A program made the translations under genes and the position numbers. Shown here piece by piece: positions 1 through 9,051 of a stretch of 64,000 nucleotides of DNA. Location of the stretch: the IMG/VR virus record IMGVR_UViG_3300036715_004471, positions 62,001 through 126,000 of that record, one strand, 5' to 3'. The notes under the pieces are model-generated. The model was not told where the DNA came from. It ran no database searches and saw nothing but the letters and a program-made list of their open reading frames with translations. Numbering within the stretch: position 1 is the stretch's first letter; the number at the start of each line of letters is the position of its first letter.

Positions 1-514
1 TGAGAGATTCCGCAAGAGCCTTGCGACGAGCCTCCGCCTCCTCCTTGCCCTTCTTCATCTTATCGAGAAACTGGCGCTTGCGCTCAGCCACTCGGGGACG
101 TTCGGCTCTCTTCCATTCCGCCCAATCACCAGAAGGAATGACCTCCTCACGATAAGGAATCTTCCAGCGATTCAGAATGTAACAGTGAGCACGAGTACCA
201 TCCTCAAGCGAGATAATCCGGCGCGCCGTGCTGCTCGGACAATCCTCAACCGCATTGTCGAGCCATTCGATGGTGCGATTCTTCACCACATAAAGCTCGC
301 CAACGATGGCGGTCTCGCCACCATCAATGATGGCGGGTACCTCATCGTTCATGTTGATCATCTTGAACTGAGGCAAAGTTTTGGTGGCACCAACGAAGCC
401 CTTGTCACGGGCGACCGCCACGTTGAGGCGAAAGCCGGAACGGCAAACGCCGAACACGAACAAGTTGTTCGTTCTTTCGACTTCTTTGGGCTCAAGCCTG
501 GCGTTTGGGGGCAT
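1..514 (-). CDS. Gamma-glutamylcyclotransferase (GGCT/AIG2-like) family protein, 3' end runs off the window
   Basis: Not in the ORF track (no stop in window). My translation from ATG 514: MPPNARL...LFVFGVCRSG...FVGATKT...IVGELYVV...WLD...RRIISLEDG...IPSGDW, the GGCT/YtfP pattern; lies next to COOH-NH2 ligases as in phiEco32-like clusters. Confidence 0.7.
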   Translation of the reverse strand, partial: MPPNARLEPKEVERTNNLFVFGVCRSGFRLNVAVARDKGFVGATKTLPQFKMINMNDEVPAIIDGGETAIVGELYVVKNRTIEWLDNAVEDCPSSTARRIISLEDGTRAHCYILNRWKIPYREEVIPSGDWAEWKRAERPRVAERKRQFLDKMKKGKEEAEARRKALAESL

Positions 515-748
515 TTGTGTCTCCGGATTTCTCACTGGACCAATCCCGGGTTGAGTATCCTCACCATCCCAAGATAGATCGAACGTTGTCTGTTGATGTC
601 CAGGACGATCCGGCTCCGTTGATGGGGGAGGCGGAACGCGCAAAAGACCTTCATGACCTTGATATTGTTGGCTTTGCCAAGCCATATGATTCCTCTAACT
701 GGAATGCCCTCGCCACCTTCCGGTGGCGAGGGCATTCCAATGATTGTT

Positions 749-2170
749 TCAGATCTTCTTGCCCAGACGAAGAGCGACAATCGCGCTGCTCACCTTGGCG
801 TTGGGACTGGCGTTGCCGCATCTCCAGGCTTCGAGAGAGCCGTCCTTGGCATCGAGATACCAGTTACGAGCGAGGTTATCGGGCTCCGCGAGAGCGGTCT
901 CCATGCCATTGGCGAAGATGTTGTACAGGAGTTCCAGATCCTGCGCCGATGCCCAGGAGTAGTGACTCTGATAACAAGCAGCCAGGAGCTTGATGAAAAC
1001 CTCCTTGTTCTTCTCCAGACTCGCACGCGCAGCCGCGACATCGCAGTTGACGATGGTCTGAATCGTCTCCTCCTCAGTCGCCTGCCACAGATCCATCCAG
1101 CCCTTCTGACCGAGAATCACCACCTTGCGAGCTACATCGATCACCAGGTTCATGATGAACGGATGCGACAACCACGCATTGGAAAGCGGACGGTACTCGA
1201 TACCGTGAGGCGGGAGGCGGTACTCACCGGGAAGACCGTAGAAGATGCGACGCTTCTTTGCGTCGAACTTCGCGAAGAGCGACACGCACGCAACACCAAG
1301 GATGGTATCCAGAGCCTTGACGACAGGCACAGCCTTCTCCTCGGAAGTTTTACCCACTCCGAAGTGCAAGTGACCTCCGGCGCTGCGGAAGGGAACCTCT
1401 CGTCCAGGCGGGAGCTGCGTCTTGATGCCGTAAGCGTTGAGGCTCGGCATACAACCGAAGGCGACATGCTCATCAGCAGCCTCCATCAGCATCTCATGCG
1501 GAATATCGAAGACGCTCTTGATCGCGAGCTTCGCACCGGGGAAGCGCTTGCGCGCGGCATCGTAGACACCACGAAGACCAGCCGCAACCGAATCGGTATG
1601 CACCTCGTTGCAACCAGCCGCAAGCGTCGTGAACTCCGCTTGGAAGCCATCCCAGTACATCTTCTGGGGAGTCGGTCCAGCACCACCACGCGAGCCGTAC
1701 TGCTGGAGAGCGGAGGTGACATCCTTACCATCCTTGCTATCGAGGAAGAGGAAGGCAGGAATCATCTTGCCATCCGCATCCGTCACGAAAATCTCCGGAT
1801 CGGAGCCAATCGTGAAGCCGTAAGCCAGGTTCGTGGGAAGAGAGAGAAGTTTCAGCTTGCTCTTCAGCTCCGGAGGCGTCGACTCACAATCAAACTCATC
1901 GTTCAGATTGAAGTAGGTCACGAACGACGTACCAGTCTCCGTGCAGATGCAGCGAAGGCTGGCATAGTCCATGGTGACGCTCGCCTGCGTCACCAGAAAC
2001 TTCAAGCTGGGGAGCTTGTATTCCCTACGGATCTCATTGGTACGATCCGGCGACGAGGTGTGGTGATTCCAGTAGCACGCCGGAGGCATGGTGAGCTGTT
2101 TGGCGGTGAAGATGAATTCGCCGAACTTGGTGAACTTACCGCCGAGATTCAACTGTTGAATGGTCTGCAT
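749..2170 (-). CDS. Phage phiEco32-like COOH-NH2 ligase type 2 (copy 1)
   Basis: Motifs TIGSDPEIF, WDGFQAEF, FGCMPSLNAY, RSAGGHLHFG, RRIFYGLPGEYR, GIEYRPLSNAW. Confidence 0.85.
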   Translation of the reverse strand: MQTIQQLNLGGKFTKFGEFIFTAKQLTMPPACYWNHHTSSPDRTNEIRREYKLPSLKFLVTQASVTMDYASLRCICTETGTSFVTYFNLNDEFDCESTPPELKSKLKLLSLPTNLAYGFTIGSDPEIFVTDADGKMIPAFLFLDSKDGKDVTSALQQYGSRGGAGPTPQKMYWDGFQAEFTTLAAGCNEVHTDSVAAGLRGVYDAARKRFPGAKLAIKSVFDIPHEMLMEAADEHVAFGCMPSLNAYGIKTQLPPGREVPFRSAGGHLHFGVGKTSEEKAVPVVKALDTILGVACVSLFAKFDAKKRRIFYGLPGEYRLPPHGIEYRPLSNAWLSHPFIMNLVIDVARKVVILGQKGWMDLWQATEEETIQTIVNCDVAAARASLEKNKEVFIKLLAACYQSHYSWASAQDLELLYNIFANGMETALAEPDNLARNWYLDAKDGSLEAWRCGNASPNAKVSSAIVALRLGKKI

Positions 2171-2339
2171 GACTTCTTTCTATTGCTGAGAGTGATTGGT
2201 TACTTACCCCGTCACTATCCTTGGTGGATCGAGGCACCGATGGGAACGAAGGAAGCAACCTCTCAGCTTCAATGCTTCGTGGTTGCTTGTTACACCCTTG
2301 CCGCTTGACTTAGCTTGATGGGTAGTGGCAATGCCTAAT

Positions 2340-2368
2340 GCCCGTCATCCCGAGAAGGGATGACGGGC
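2340..2368. terminator. Perfect 12-bp intergenic hairpin (terminator or processing stem)
   Basis: GCCCGTCATCCC-GAGAA-GGGATGACGGGC just downstream of the 2381 stop; no clear U-tract. Confidence 0.5.
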
Positions 2369-2380
2369 TCAGGCTCGATC

Positions 2381-2704
2381 TCAGAAATCATCCCACGAAT
2401 TGGCGGGCGCCTCGTATGGTTCAACCAGAAGCTCGTTGATCCGAGCACCATGGTTACTGAACATGGCAATGGCAGTAACAGGAGAAAGCTCGACTGAGCT
2501 ATTATTCATGTTACCGCGACCGTACACCTCCTGAAAGAGGACCAGGTTTTTCTCCTGGCGATTGTACATTAGTCGGATCCGAACATGGTTTTGACCCGAA
2601 TCATCGTTCCATTCAGCAACCTTCTCGAAACGTTTGGAACTAAAGGGATCAGAATAGAAAAGCATTCTATTTCCTTTGTTAAAGATTGGGGAGATGCTAA
2701 GCAT
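2381..2704 (-). CDS. Hypothetical protein
   Basis: Fills the gap between the two ligases, co-oriented; true start may be the internal Met. Confidence 0.55.
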   Translation of the reverse strand: MLSISPIFNKGNRMLFYSDPFSSKRFEKVAEWNDDSGQNHVRIRLMYNRQEKNLVLFQEVYGRGNMNNSSVELSPVTAIAMFSNHGARINELLVEPYEAPANSWDDF

Positions 2705-2719
2705 CTCCCCAATCTTAGT

Positions 2720-4195
2720 TTACGCCGCGAGGTGCGAAGGATCCTTGTCGCGGGCACGGAGGAAGTTCGTCACGTTCGGTTCAACAGAATGGTTGTGGCT
2801 GTGCCACGACCACCCGCTGTGCAGGCGCCAGTTGGTCACAAAGTCCTTGGGATCCTTGACCGCAGAAGACACGCCACTCATGAAGATGTCGAACAGAATC
2901 TCCATCTCCTTCTTGATCTGCTTGACGGACTTCTCATCGTCGTAGTCATCGATCTTGTAACAGGCGCGCAGCAACTGGATGAAAACATCCTTGTTACGAG
3001 TAAGGATCTCACGAGCCTTCTCCGCATCACAGTTGATGATGCACTCGATGGTCTCTTCCTCCGTGGTCTTCCAGAACTTCATGAAGTCACACTGACCGAA
3101 CACAACGCATTTGCGCGCCACATCAATGATCAAGTTCATGATCACTGGATGACACAACCACGCGTTGCTCAGAGGGCGATACTCAATGCCGTGAGGCGGG
3201 AGGCGGTACTCACCGGGAAGACCGTAGAGCTGACGACGGCTGGGATCATCGATACCATCGAAGAGCGACACACACGCGACGCCGATGATGGCGTCGAGAG
3301 CCTTGACGATCTTCTCTGCATCCTTATGGGCATCCTTGCCAACACCGAAGTGGATATGACCGCCCGCCGAACGGAAGGGAACCTGACGAGCCGGAGGCAT
3401 CTTGACCTTCAATCCGTAGGCATTGAAGGAGGGCATGCAACCGAAAGCAACATGCTCATCATCTGCATTCGCAAGAATCTCCGGCTCGATGAAGAACACC
3501 GAACGAAGGCTCAGGCGCGCCTCGGGAAAGCGACGACGAGCAGCATCATACACGCCACGCATACCAGCAGCGATGCTGTCGCTGTGATAACCGAGGCAGT
3601 GATCCGGACGCGTGGTGAACTCCGCCTGGAAGCCATCCCAATACATCGGGCAGTCGCCGTGGTCGTTGAACAAGTCGTCCGAGTTCGGAGTACGATCGCT
3701 TCCATCCTTGCCATGGAGGAAGAGGAAGGCAGGAATCATCCGACCATCCTTGTTCTCTACGAAAATCTCCGGATCGGAGCCAATCGTGAAGCCGTGCGCC
3801 AGCTCGTTGTAGAGCGTGCGAGCACGAATCTCATCGAACTGAGCATCCACCTTCGCGTAGTCCGAATGTTTGAGATCGATCAGCTCGACCTCATGATCAC
3901 GACTGAAGTGGAAGTGTTCGATCTTGCCAGCGGGGTTGACGTAGGTCAAGTACGCACTCTTGTGGTATGCCGAGTCCTGAATCCTTCTGACACTCATCAG
4001 CGTATGCTTGCTGACTCTTTCCTCTTGGGTAGTATCACCGTAGTAGTTGACCACCCGAGGCATCTTCGCATCGGGCAGGCGAATGTAGACCGGACCACCC
4101 TTGGGCTTCGAGGGGTAACTCGTGGAGAACAACTTGGTGAGATCATGGATCTTGGTCAGCTTCACTTTTTTCTTTTCCTTCTTTACGCTCGCCAC
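2720..4195 (-). CDS. Phage phiEco32-like COOH-NH2 ligase type 2 (copy 2)
   Basis: Same motifs as copy 1 (TIGSDPEIF, RSAGGHIHFG, YGLPGEYRLPPHGIEYRPLSNAW); frame stays open upstream with Lys/Ala/Pro-rich sequence. Confidence 0.85.
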   Translation of the reverse strand: MASVKKEKKKVKLTKIHDLTKLFSTSYPSKPKGGPVYIRLPDAKMPRVVNYYGDTTQEERVSKHTLMSVRRIQDSAYHKSAYLTYVNPAGKIEHFHFSRDHEVELIDLKHSDYAKVDAQFDEIRARTLYNELAHGFTIGSDPEIFVENKDGRMIPAFLFLHGKDGSDRTPNSDDLFNDHGDCPMYWDGFQAEFTTRPDHCLGYHSDSIAAGMRGVYDAARRRFPEARLSLRSVFFIEPEILANADDEHVAFGCMPSFNAYGLKVKMPPARQVPFRSAGGHIHFGVGKDAHKDAEKIVKALDAIIGVACVSLFDGIDDPSRRQLYGLPGEYRLPPHGIEYRPLSNAWLCHPVIMNLIIDVARKCVVFGQCDFMKFWKTTEEETIECIINCDAEKAREILTRNKDVFIQLLRACYKIDDYDDEKSVKQIKKEMEILFDIFMSGVSSAVKDPKDFVTNWRLHSGWSWHSHNHSVEPNVTNFLRARDKDPSHLAA

Positions 4196-4270
4196 TTTCT
4201 TGGTGAGCTTTGCCTTGAGGGCGCTGATGGGCTTCTTGTTCGTCTTTTTGGCAGCCGGCTTCTTCGAGGG

Positions 4271-4350
4271 AGCCTTTTTCTTGGGGAGCCTTTTTCTTGG
4301 GGAGCCTTTTTCTTGGGGAGCCTTTTTCTTGGGGAGCCTTTTTCTTGGGG
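4271..4350. repeat. Tandem repeat, 5 x 16 bp (AGCCTTTTTCTTGGGG)
   Basis: Five identical adjacent copies read directly from the sequence. Confidence 0.95.
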
Positions 4351-4434
4351 AGCTGCAATCGTCTTCTTAGGCTTCGCCGGACTCTTCTTTGCCGGAGTAA
4401 CCTTTTTCTTTTTGATTGTTATTTGTCCTCACGA

Positions 4435-4629
4435 TCAGTGAAAGATGGGAAGTCCCAGAGTCAGAATGATCACTCCAGCAATCACACCTTCGTAAGAACG
4501 AAGGGCAAATTGATAGGCGATCCAACGATTGCGCTTTGTCACCTTGATCAAGTCTTTCAGATACGGTACAGAGTCAAGCCGTTCCTGGTTGGGTAACCCG
4601 AAATTATGCGGCTGAGGTTTCAGAAACAT
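4435..4629 (-). CDS. Small hypothetical membrane protein
   Basis: Co-oriented ORF with a C-terminal hydrophobic segment. Confidence 0.5.
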   Translation of the reverse strand: MFLKPQPHNFGLPNQERLDSVPYLKDLIKVTKRNRWIAYQFALRSYEGVIAGVIILTLGLPIFH

Positions 4630-4891
4630 CTGCTTGCTCCCAAAGAATGGAGATGAAAAAGAGGTGCCGTTGAACCCATGCCATAGATTCGACGGAACCT
4701 TCTACTTTTGCTTTCAACAACTCATTGAAAAACTGTGAAGACGTCAGCTCCACATTTCCCAATCGCGGATCATTTTTGAATCGCAACAAACGATTGGGAG
4801 AGGTCTTCTCCGACATTGCGCGATTAAACAAACCACGTGAAGGAAGTTTGCCATATGGCAGGCTGAAGAAATGTGACATGGCTACAACCAA
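4604..4891 (-). CDS. Hypothetical protein
   Basis: Co-oriented, overlaps its neighbours in operon fashion. Confidence 0.5.
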   Translation of the reverse strand: MVVAMSHFFSLPYGKLPSRGLFNRAMSEKTSPNRLLRFKNDPRLGNVELTSSQFFNELLKAKVEGSVESMAWVQRHLFFISILWEQADVSETSAA

Positions 4892-5151
4892 CCAAACAAG
4901 GAATCCGCAACAGCAATTTGCAATTTGAACTCCTCGAATCGATCCGCCGCGTTGACTGGATCGGCTTCATCCGTCCTCATGAGGATGACGTTAGTTGTAG
5001 TATCTACCAGATCAACCCGGTAAATATGTTCCTCACCTCGGAGTTGGAAAGTGCGAATGCGCATCTTCCCAATCGTTTCTGAATAACCTCTCAGGGCATA
5101 GATTCCTCCAGCCCAAAAGACTTCCAGTATTTTCAAACGTCCTAGATCCAT
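4882..5151 (-). CDS. Hypothetical protein
   Basis: Co-oriented ORF with ATG start. Confidence 0.5.
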   Translation of the reverse strand: MDLGRLKILEVFWAGGIYALRGYSETIGKMRIRTFQLRGEEHIYRVDLVDTTTNVILMRTDEADPVNAADRFEEFKLQIAVADSLFGWL

Positions 5152-5246
5152 GTCCTACACTCACGGATGGGGATAAGTCAGAATCAGAGCGGCGCAGAAA
5201 AGAAACGCCACTAACCCGAAACAGAGGGCGTATTTGAGATCCTCTT

Positions 5247-5852
5247 TCACTGCTTCGCCTTTGCTTTGCCCCATGGCAATCCGAAATCATTACGGCGAAT
5301 CTTGCACATTCTACCATCATGATGGGCGAACACAATGCCTTCCATCATATTGGTATTCAAGAAATGCGTGATTCCCTCGATGGTTCGCGGAACTTCCAGA
5401 ACCGTATCTCCATGACGTTTAAGCATCACGTAATCAACGTTCTCTGCATTGGCTCCAATGGGAGGACCAATCAACTCGTAAGTACCATCAGCAGGCTTGC
5501 GGAACTGAAGAACACGAAGCATCTCCCACCACGCTTGCATATGGTATTGGTCAGGGGCGTTGTTGAATAGACAACGAACCCAATGCGGATGATGACCAGT
5601 TACTGAATCTGGTTCTCCACAAGGAATGGCGCCTTCGGGAGCTGCTTTGTAAGTGCCGTCAGGTTTCCTTTTGGCATCGTACCTCTTGAAGAGGTTTCCC
5701 TTGATGACAGCACATGAAGTGCCATCCCACTTACGAGAAGCGGTACCTTCACCATTCAGAACCCACTCACACCCAGGAGTCACTTGGTCCGTCAACTCAA
5801 ACGAATTAGGTCCAGTGAAACGTCTGACCAGGAGACACGGCATCTTTTTCAT
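5247..5852 (-). CDS. ATP-dependent RNA ligase-like protein (DUF5565/RLIG1-like)
   Basis: N-terminal MKKMPCL..R, PGCEWVLNGEG, motif I RKWDGT, motif IV EGIVF, motif V KI. Confidence 0.7.
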   Translation of the reverse strand: MKKMPCLLVRRFTGPNSFELTDQVTPGCEWVLNGEGTASRKWDGTSCAVIKGNLFKRYDAKRKPDGTYKAAPEGAIPCGEPDSVTGHHPHWVRCLFNNAPDQYHMQAWWEMLRVLQFRKPADGTYELIGPPIGANAENVDYVMLKRHGDTVLEVPRTIEGITHFLNTNMMEGIVFAHHDGRMCKIRRNDFGLPWGKAKAKQ

Positions 5853-6157
5853 TTCTTTTTCTTCGCCGGCTTCTTTGATTTACTCTCGCGCTTGTCCAGC
5901 AGCTTGAGAAGACGCAACTGCGCCAGACGATGACCTTTGAAGATATCGCCGTGACTGAAAATTTCGCTGAACTTTGCTTCACACATTTCCATATCAAGGA
6001 CAATGCGGAGCATGTTCTTATTTTCTTTTGCCGAGTAAGGCTCTCCTCTTTTTCTGAGGTCTTTTAACTCAGCATATAGTCTGCGCTGTTTAACCGACAG
6101 ATCAACGAATGCACTAACCTTCCGATAGTGGACATCTTCAATCTGAATAGTTTTCAC
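5849..6157 (-). CDS. Hypothetical basic protein
   Basis: Stop overlaps the next start (ATGA); GGAG RBS ahead of an internal GTG (MKTIQ). Confidence 0.55.
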   Translation of the reverse strand: MKTIQIEDVHYRKVSAFVDLSVKQRRLYAELKDLRKRGEPYSAKENKNMLRIVLDMEMCEAKFSEIFSHGDIFKGHRLAQLRLLKLLDKRESKSKKPAKKKK

Positions 6158-6227
6158 AGCTTATTCTCCTTTGGTACGCACCCACGGAATTGGAATTCTC
6201 AATATACTAATACAATGGTATGTATTT

Positions 6228-6953
6228 ATGAAGCCACTGTTCAATATAGAGAACTTACCTACCGAGTCGGGCAGCAATCTACTTCCTTTAAAATGCGAAC
6301 GATGCCATTCAATCTTTCATGTTACAGCAAATCGCATCAGAAAAATTCGCAATTCCAAAAAGCTATGTGAAACATATCTACGATACTGTAATCGTAAATG
6401 CTCCTATTTAGCTATGAGAAAAAGAATATCTTTCAATTGCAGTCAGTGTACTAAGTCACTTGAAGTGGTTGTTAGTACTGCTTCTAAAAGAAAGAGCGGC
6501 AGACATTTCTGTTCTAGTTCGTGCGCTGCACACTACAACAATGCACATAAAATGCATGGAATACGACGTTCAAAACTAGAACAATGGCTGGAGCAAGCTC
6601 TGACAGCACATTATCCAAACTTACAGTTCGTCTTTAATGGAAAAGAAACCATCAACTCTGAGTTGGATATCTACATTCCGGAACTCAAACTAGCAGTCGA
6701 ACTCAACGGAATCTTCCACTATGAACCAATCTATGGTCCAGAGAAGCTGGCTTCTATTCAGAACAATGATAACAGAAAGTTCCAAGCCTGTTTAGAACGA
6801 GGAATTGAACTTGCCATCATTGACTCTTCTGTTATGAAGAGGTTTAGCGTAAAAAATGCTCAACAATTCTTGGATATTATTCGCAAGATTATTGCCAATA
6901 AATTAGTAGCGTTCCACGGATTCGAACCGTCAACACTCACCGAGACGGGGTAA
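6228..6953 (+). CDS. Free-standing Zn-ribbon + Vsr/DUF559-like (PD-(D/E)xK) putative homing endonuclease, copy 1
   Basis: AT-rich, opposite strand; CxxC/FCSxxC repeats then SKLE...ELDIYIPELKLAVELNGIFHY; start set at MKPLF by alignment with copy 2. Confidence 0.75.
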   Translation: MKPLFNIENLPTESGSNLLPLKCERCHSIFHVTANRIRKIRNSKKLCETYLRYCNRKCSYLAMRKRISFNCSQCTKSLEVVVSTASKRKSGRHFCSSSCAAHYNNAHKMHGIRRSKLEQWLEQALTAHYPNLQFVFNGKETINSELDIYIPELKLAVELNGIFHYEPIYGPEKLASIQNNDNRKFQACLERGIELAIIDSSVMKRFSVKNAQQFLDIIRKIIANKLVAFHGFEPSTLTETG

Positions 6954-6984
6954 GTATTTGTGCCTCCATTGACACTAAACGCCA
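6906..6984 (-). ncRNA. tRNA-like element with a 10-bp anticodon-type stem and no variable loop
   Basis: TGGCGTT/AACGCTA acceptor, GTGT..GCAC D-arm, AATACTTACC-CCGTCTC-GGTGAGTGTT stem-loop, ACGG-TTCGAAT-CCGT T-arm. Confidence 0.5.
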
Positions 6985-7165
6985 GGGCGCGATTACTCAG
7001 TAGATAGCGCCGCCAGGGTCACTGGAAAAGATATATTCTTTATAAACCTGATGCTGCGTTAAAAGCGCCAGATCGCAAGTCAATCCTATCCTACCTAACG
7101 GTTGGCACACTACCTTCCACCAATGCCCAATCTTTCAGGTATCCGCTGGATACCGCAAACTTTCT

Positions 7166-7549
7166 TTACGTAGAAGGCTGAATCTCTTGCTGACCATGAG
7201 GAATGGAGGCGATTTCATATACCGTGCCCAAACCGTTGGCACGAATGCTCATCCAATAACCACCCTCAATCTCCAAGTGTCGCTGCCGGATCAGAAGATC
7301 CAAAGCCTTGGATACATCTTGGTTTGATACTTCGGTTGCATTTTTCCATACCAGCCTAGTGGCGTTGTGGCATGGAACAGTTGGAACCAAATAGTACGAT
7401 GAGTTTGACCCCGACTCAGTTTGAAGGAGGAAAGAGCCTAGCAACCTATCGTTCGCATCACACCAAAGATGAAAAGCCTCTTCGATGTCTTCTTGAAAAA
7501 AGAGAAGCGCTGTCTTACGCTCAGACATTTTCGTCTCCAGGATCGACAT
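7166..7549 (-). CDS. Hypothetical protein
   Basis: Co-oriented ORF; probable start MSERK after GGAG. Confidence 0.55.
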   Translation of the reverse strand: MSILETKMSERKTALLFFQEDIEEAFHLWCDANDRLLGSFLLQTESGSNSSYYLVPTVPCHNATRLVWKNATEVSNQDVSKALDLLIRQRHLEIEGGYWMSIRANGLGTVYEIASIPHGQQEIQPST

Positions 7550-7925
7550 ACGGTTCCCACGTCGTTGGGATTCCGTACCTATTCAGGTCATCTCGCATAT
7601 GGGCACCGCGAGGATTGATGGAGTGTACAATCACTCGATTTGGTACAGACTTGCCGTGCAGGAAAGTGCGGGCAATAATCTCCCCCACCACATGACTGCC
7701 AGTGTAGAACTGACGTTGACCCTTACCATCCAGGTAGAAATCCGCATCGTCAACGAACTCTCCGAGGTCGTGATCAAGATGCACAAGGTCCCATTGATGG
7801 GCTTCCAACTGCGCAATGCAATCGTAATACTTCATCACAGTTACTACCTCGTGACCCTGAGCTTCGTACATCGCTCGGAAGACATCAAGACGACGCTGAA
7901 CATCATCCAAGATGAGGATCTTCAT
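7521..7925 (-). CDS. Cyclic-phosphate-processing receiver-domain protein
   Basis: ILILDD..R, LDHDLG, TG, VHSINP.G motifs. Confidence 0.75.
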   Translation of the reverse strand: MKILILDDVQRRLDVFRAMYEAQGHEVVTVMKYYDCIAQLEAHQWDLVHLDHDLGEFVDDADFYLDGKGQRQFYTGSHVVGEIIARTFLHGKSVPNRVIVHSINPRGAHMRDDLNRYGIPTTWEPYVDPGDENV

Positions 7926-7932
7926 CTGTTCC

Positions 7933-8175
7933 TCAGAAGTTCAGATCGAACAACTCACCATCGCCCACACAAAGGAACTCCAGCGTATCGACCTCGACGA
8001 ACTTGGAATCAGCCACCGACGCACCCGGCTGGAAGATGAAAGTCCCGGAGAACTTCCTCATGTCCGGCGTATCCTCGGGGGCGGGAGCGATCTTGATGTT
8101 GAGCGCGCCAACGTCATTTCTGTACTCGACGTGAGTCAGCAGCTCGCCTTGCTTGTTGTAAACGGGAATTCGCAT
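7933..8175 (-). CDS. Hypothetical protein
   Basis: Co-oriented ORF. Confidence 0.55.
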   Translation of the reverse strand: MRIPVYNKQGELLTHVEYRNDVGALNIKIAPAPEDTPDMRKFSGTFIFQPGASVADSKFVEVDTLEFLCVGDGELFDLNF

Positions 8176-8238
8176 GGTTATCTTTCTTGATGCGGAGACT
8201 TCCGCACTTCTTGATGCTGGGGTTAAGAGAGATGAAGT

Positions 8239-9051
8239 TTAATCCAGGGCAGTGAACTCGATGTCACCACGGATGATGATGCGGGACTTTCCGAGAAACT
8301 CCTCCACATCATGAGCCATACGATGCCAGAAGATCAGACACCCACCACGATGGGGCTCCTGCTTTGCCAGCACCTCATCCTCACGAGCAGAGCGAGTCCA
8401 GTCATCCAGGTTACGATTCTGAATCGGAAGATGGCTCTGATGATCTTCGATGAAGCGAGTGCAACCGCCAGTGTTTGGCTCCTCGGTCAGATACCAAACC
8501 ACAGACATGAGCGTGCGTCTGTGATCGTCTACGTTATGAGCCTCGTAATCGAACCCCATATCGTAATGGGTATTATGCTTGCCGCCACACTTGTACTCCA
8601 TGAAGCGGAGCACTGGAGAGATTCCGGTAGGAACCCACCTCCAATGTTCTTTTCTTTTGCCGGCGATTTCATACCAGTCAGTTGGAGTAAACTCACCAGT
8701 GGGTACAAAATCTTCAAACTCATCATCCAGCACTACATCGCGAATGCCAGTTCTGATTTTTTTCCAAAGCTGATTGCCCAGTTCCGGTCCCCAACCAGTA
8801 GCGCGAACGCTACCAACCTCGTTCGGATCCGATGTCTGGTAACCAGATACGGCAACCGGAGCGCGGTCTTGTTGTGCAAAGAGAGCTTGAAGCTGATCGC
8901 AATCCTCACCAGACAAAGCGTCCGGAATGTAGAGAGCGAGATTGGGCAGCAGGATCTTAGCAGAGATATTGCTGACATGGCTAGTCAGCTTGAAGTCGGT
9001 GGGGACACGCCACGCACCGGGAACCTTGCCCTTGAATCCAAGATCAGACAT
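8239..9051 (-). CDS. 2OG-Fe(II) oxygenase (prolyl-4-hydroxylase-like)
   Basis: RFMEY..GG.HNTHYD, SVVWYL, GGCTRF, LIFWH...HD, IIRGD; start set at MSDLG, overlapping the nadE stop. Confidence 0.8.
   Translation of the reverse strand: MSDLGFKGKVPGAWRVPTDFKLTSHVSNISAKILLPNLALYIPDALSGEDCDQLQALFAQQDRAPVAVSGYQTSDPNEVGSVRATGWGPELGNQLWKKIRTGIRDVVLDDEFEDFVPTGEFTPTDWYEIAGKRKEHWRWVPTGISPVLRFMEYKCGGKHNTHYDMGFDYEAHNVDDHRRTLMSVVWYLTEEPNTGGCTRFIEDHQSHLPIQNRNLDDWTRSAREDEVLAKQEPHRGGCLIFWHRMAHDVEEFLGKSRIIIRGDIEFTALD

Noticed and set aside
653-4441. Long + strand ORFs (653..2308, 2585..4441; also 34571..36274 and 60637..62037)
   Set aside because: Antisense shadows of real - strand genes in the same codon register; no recognisable motifs.
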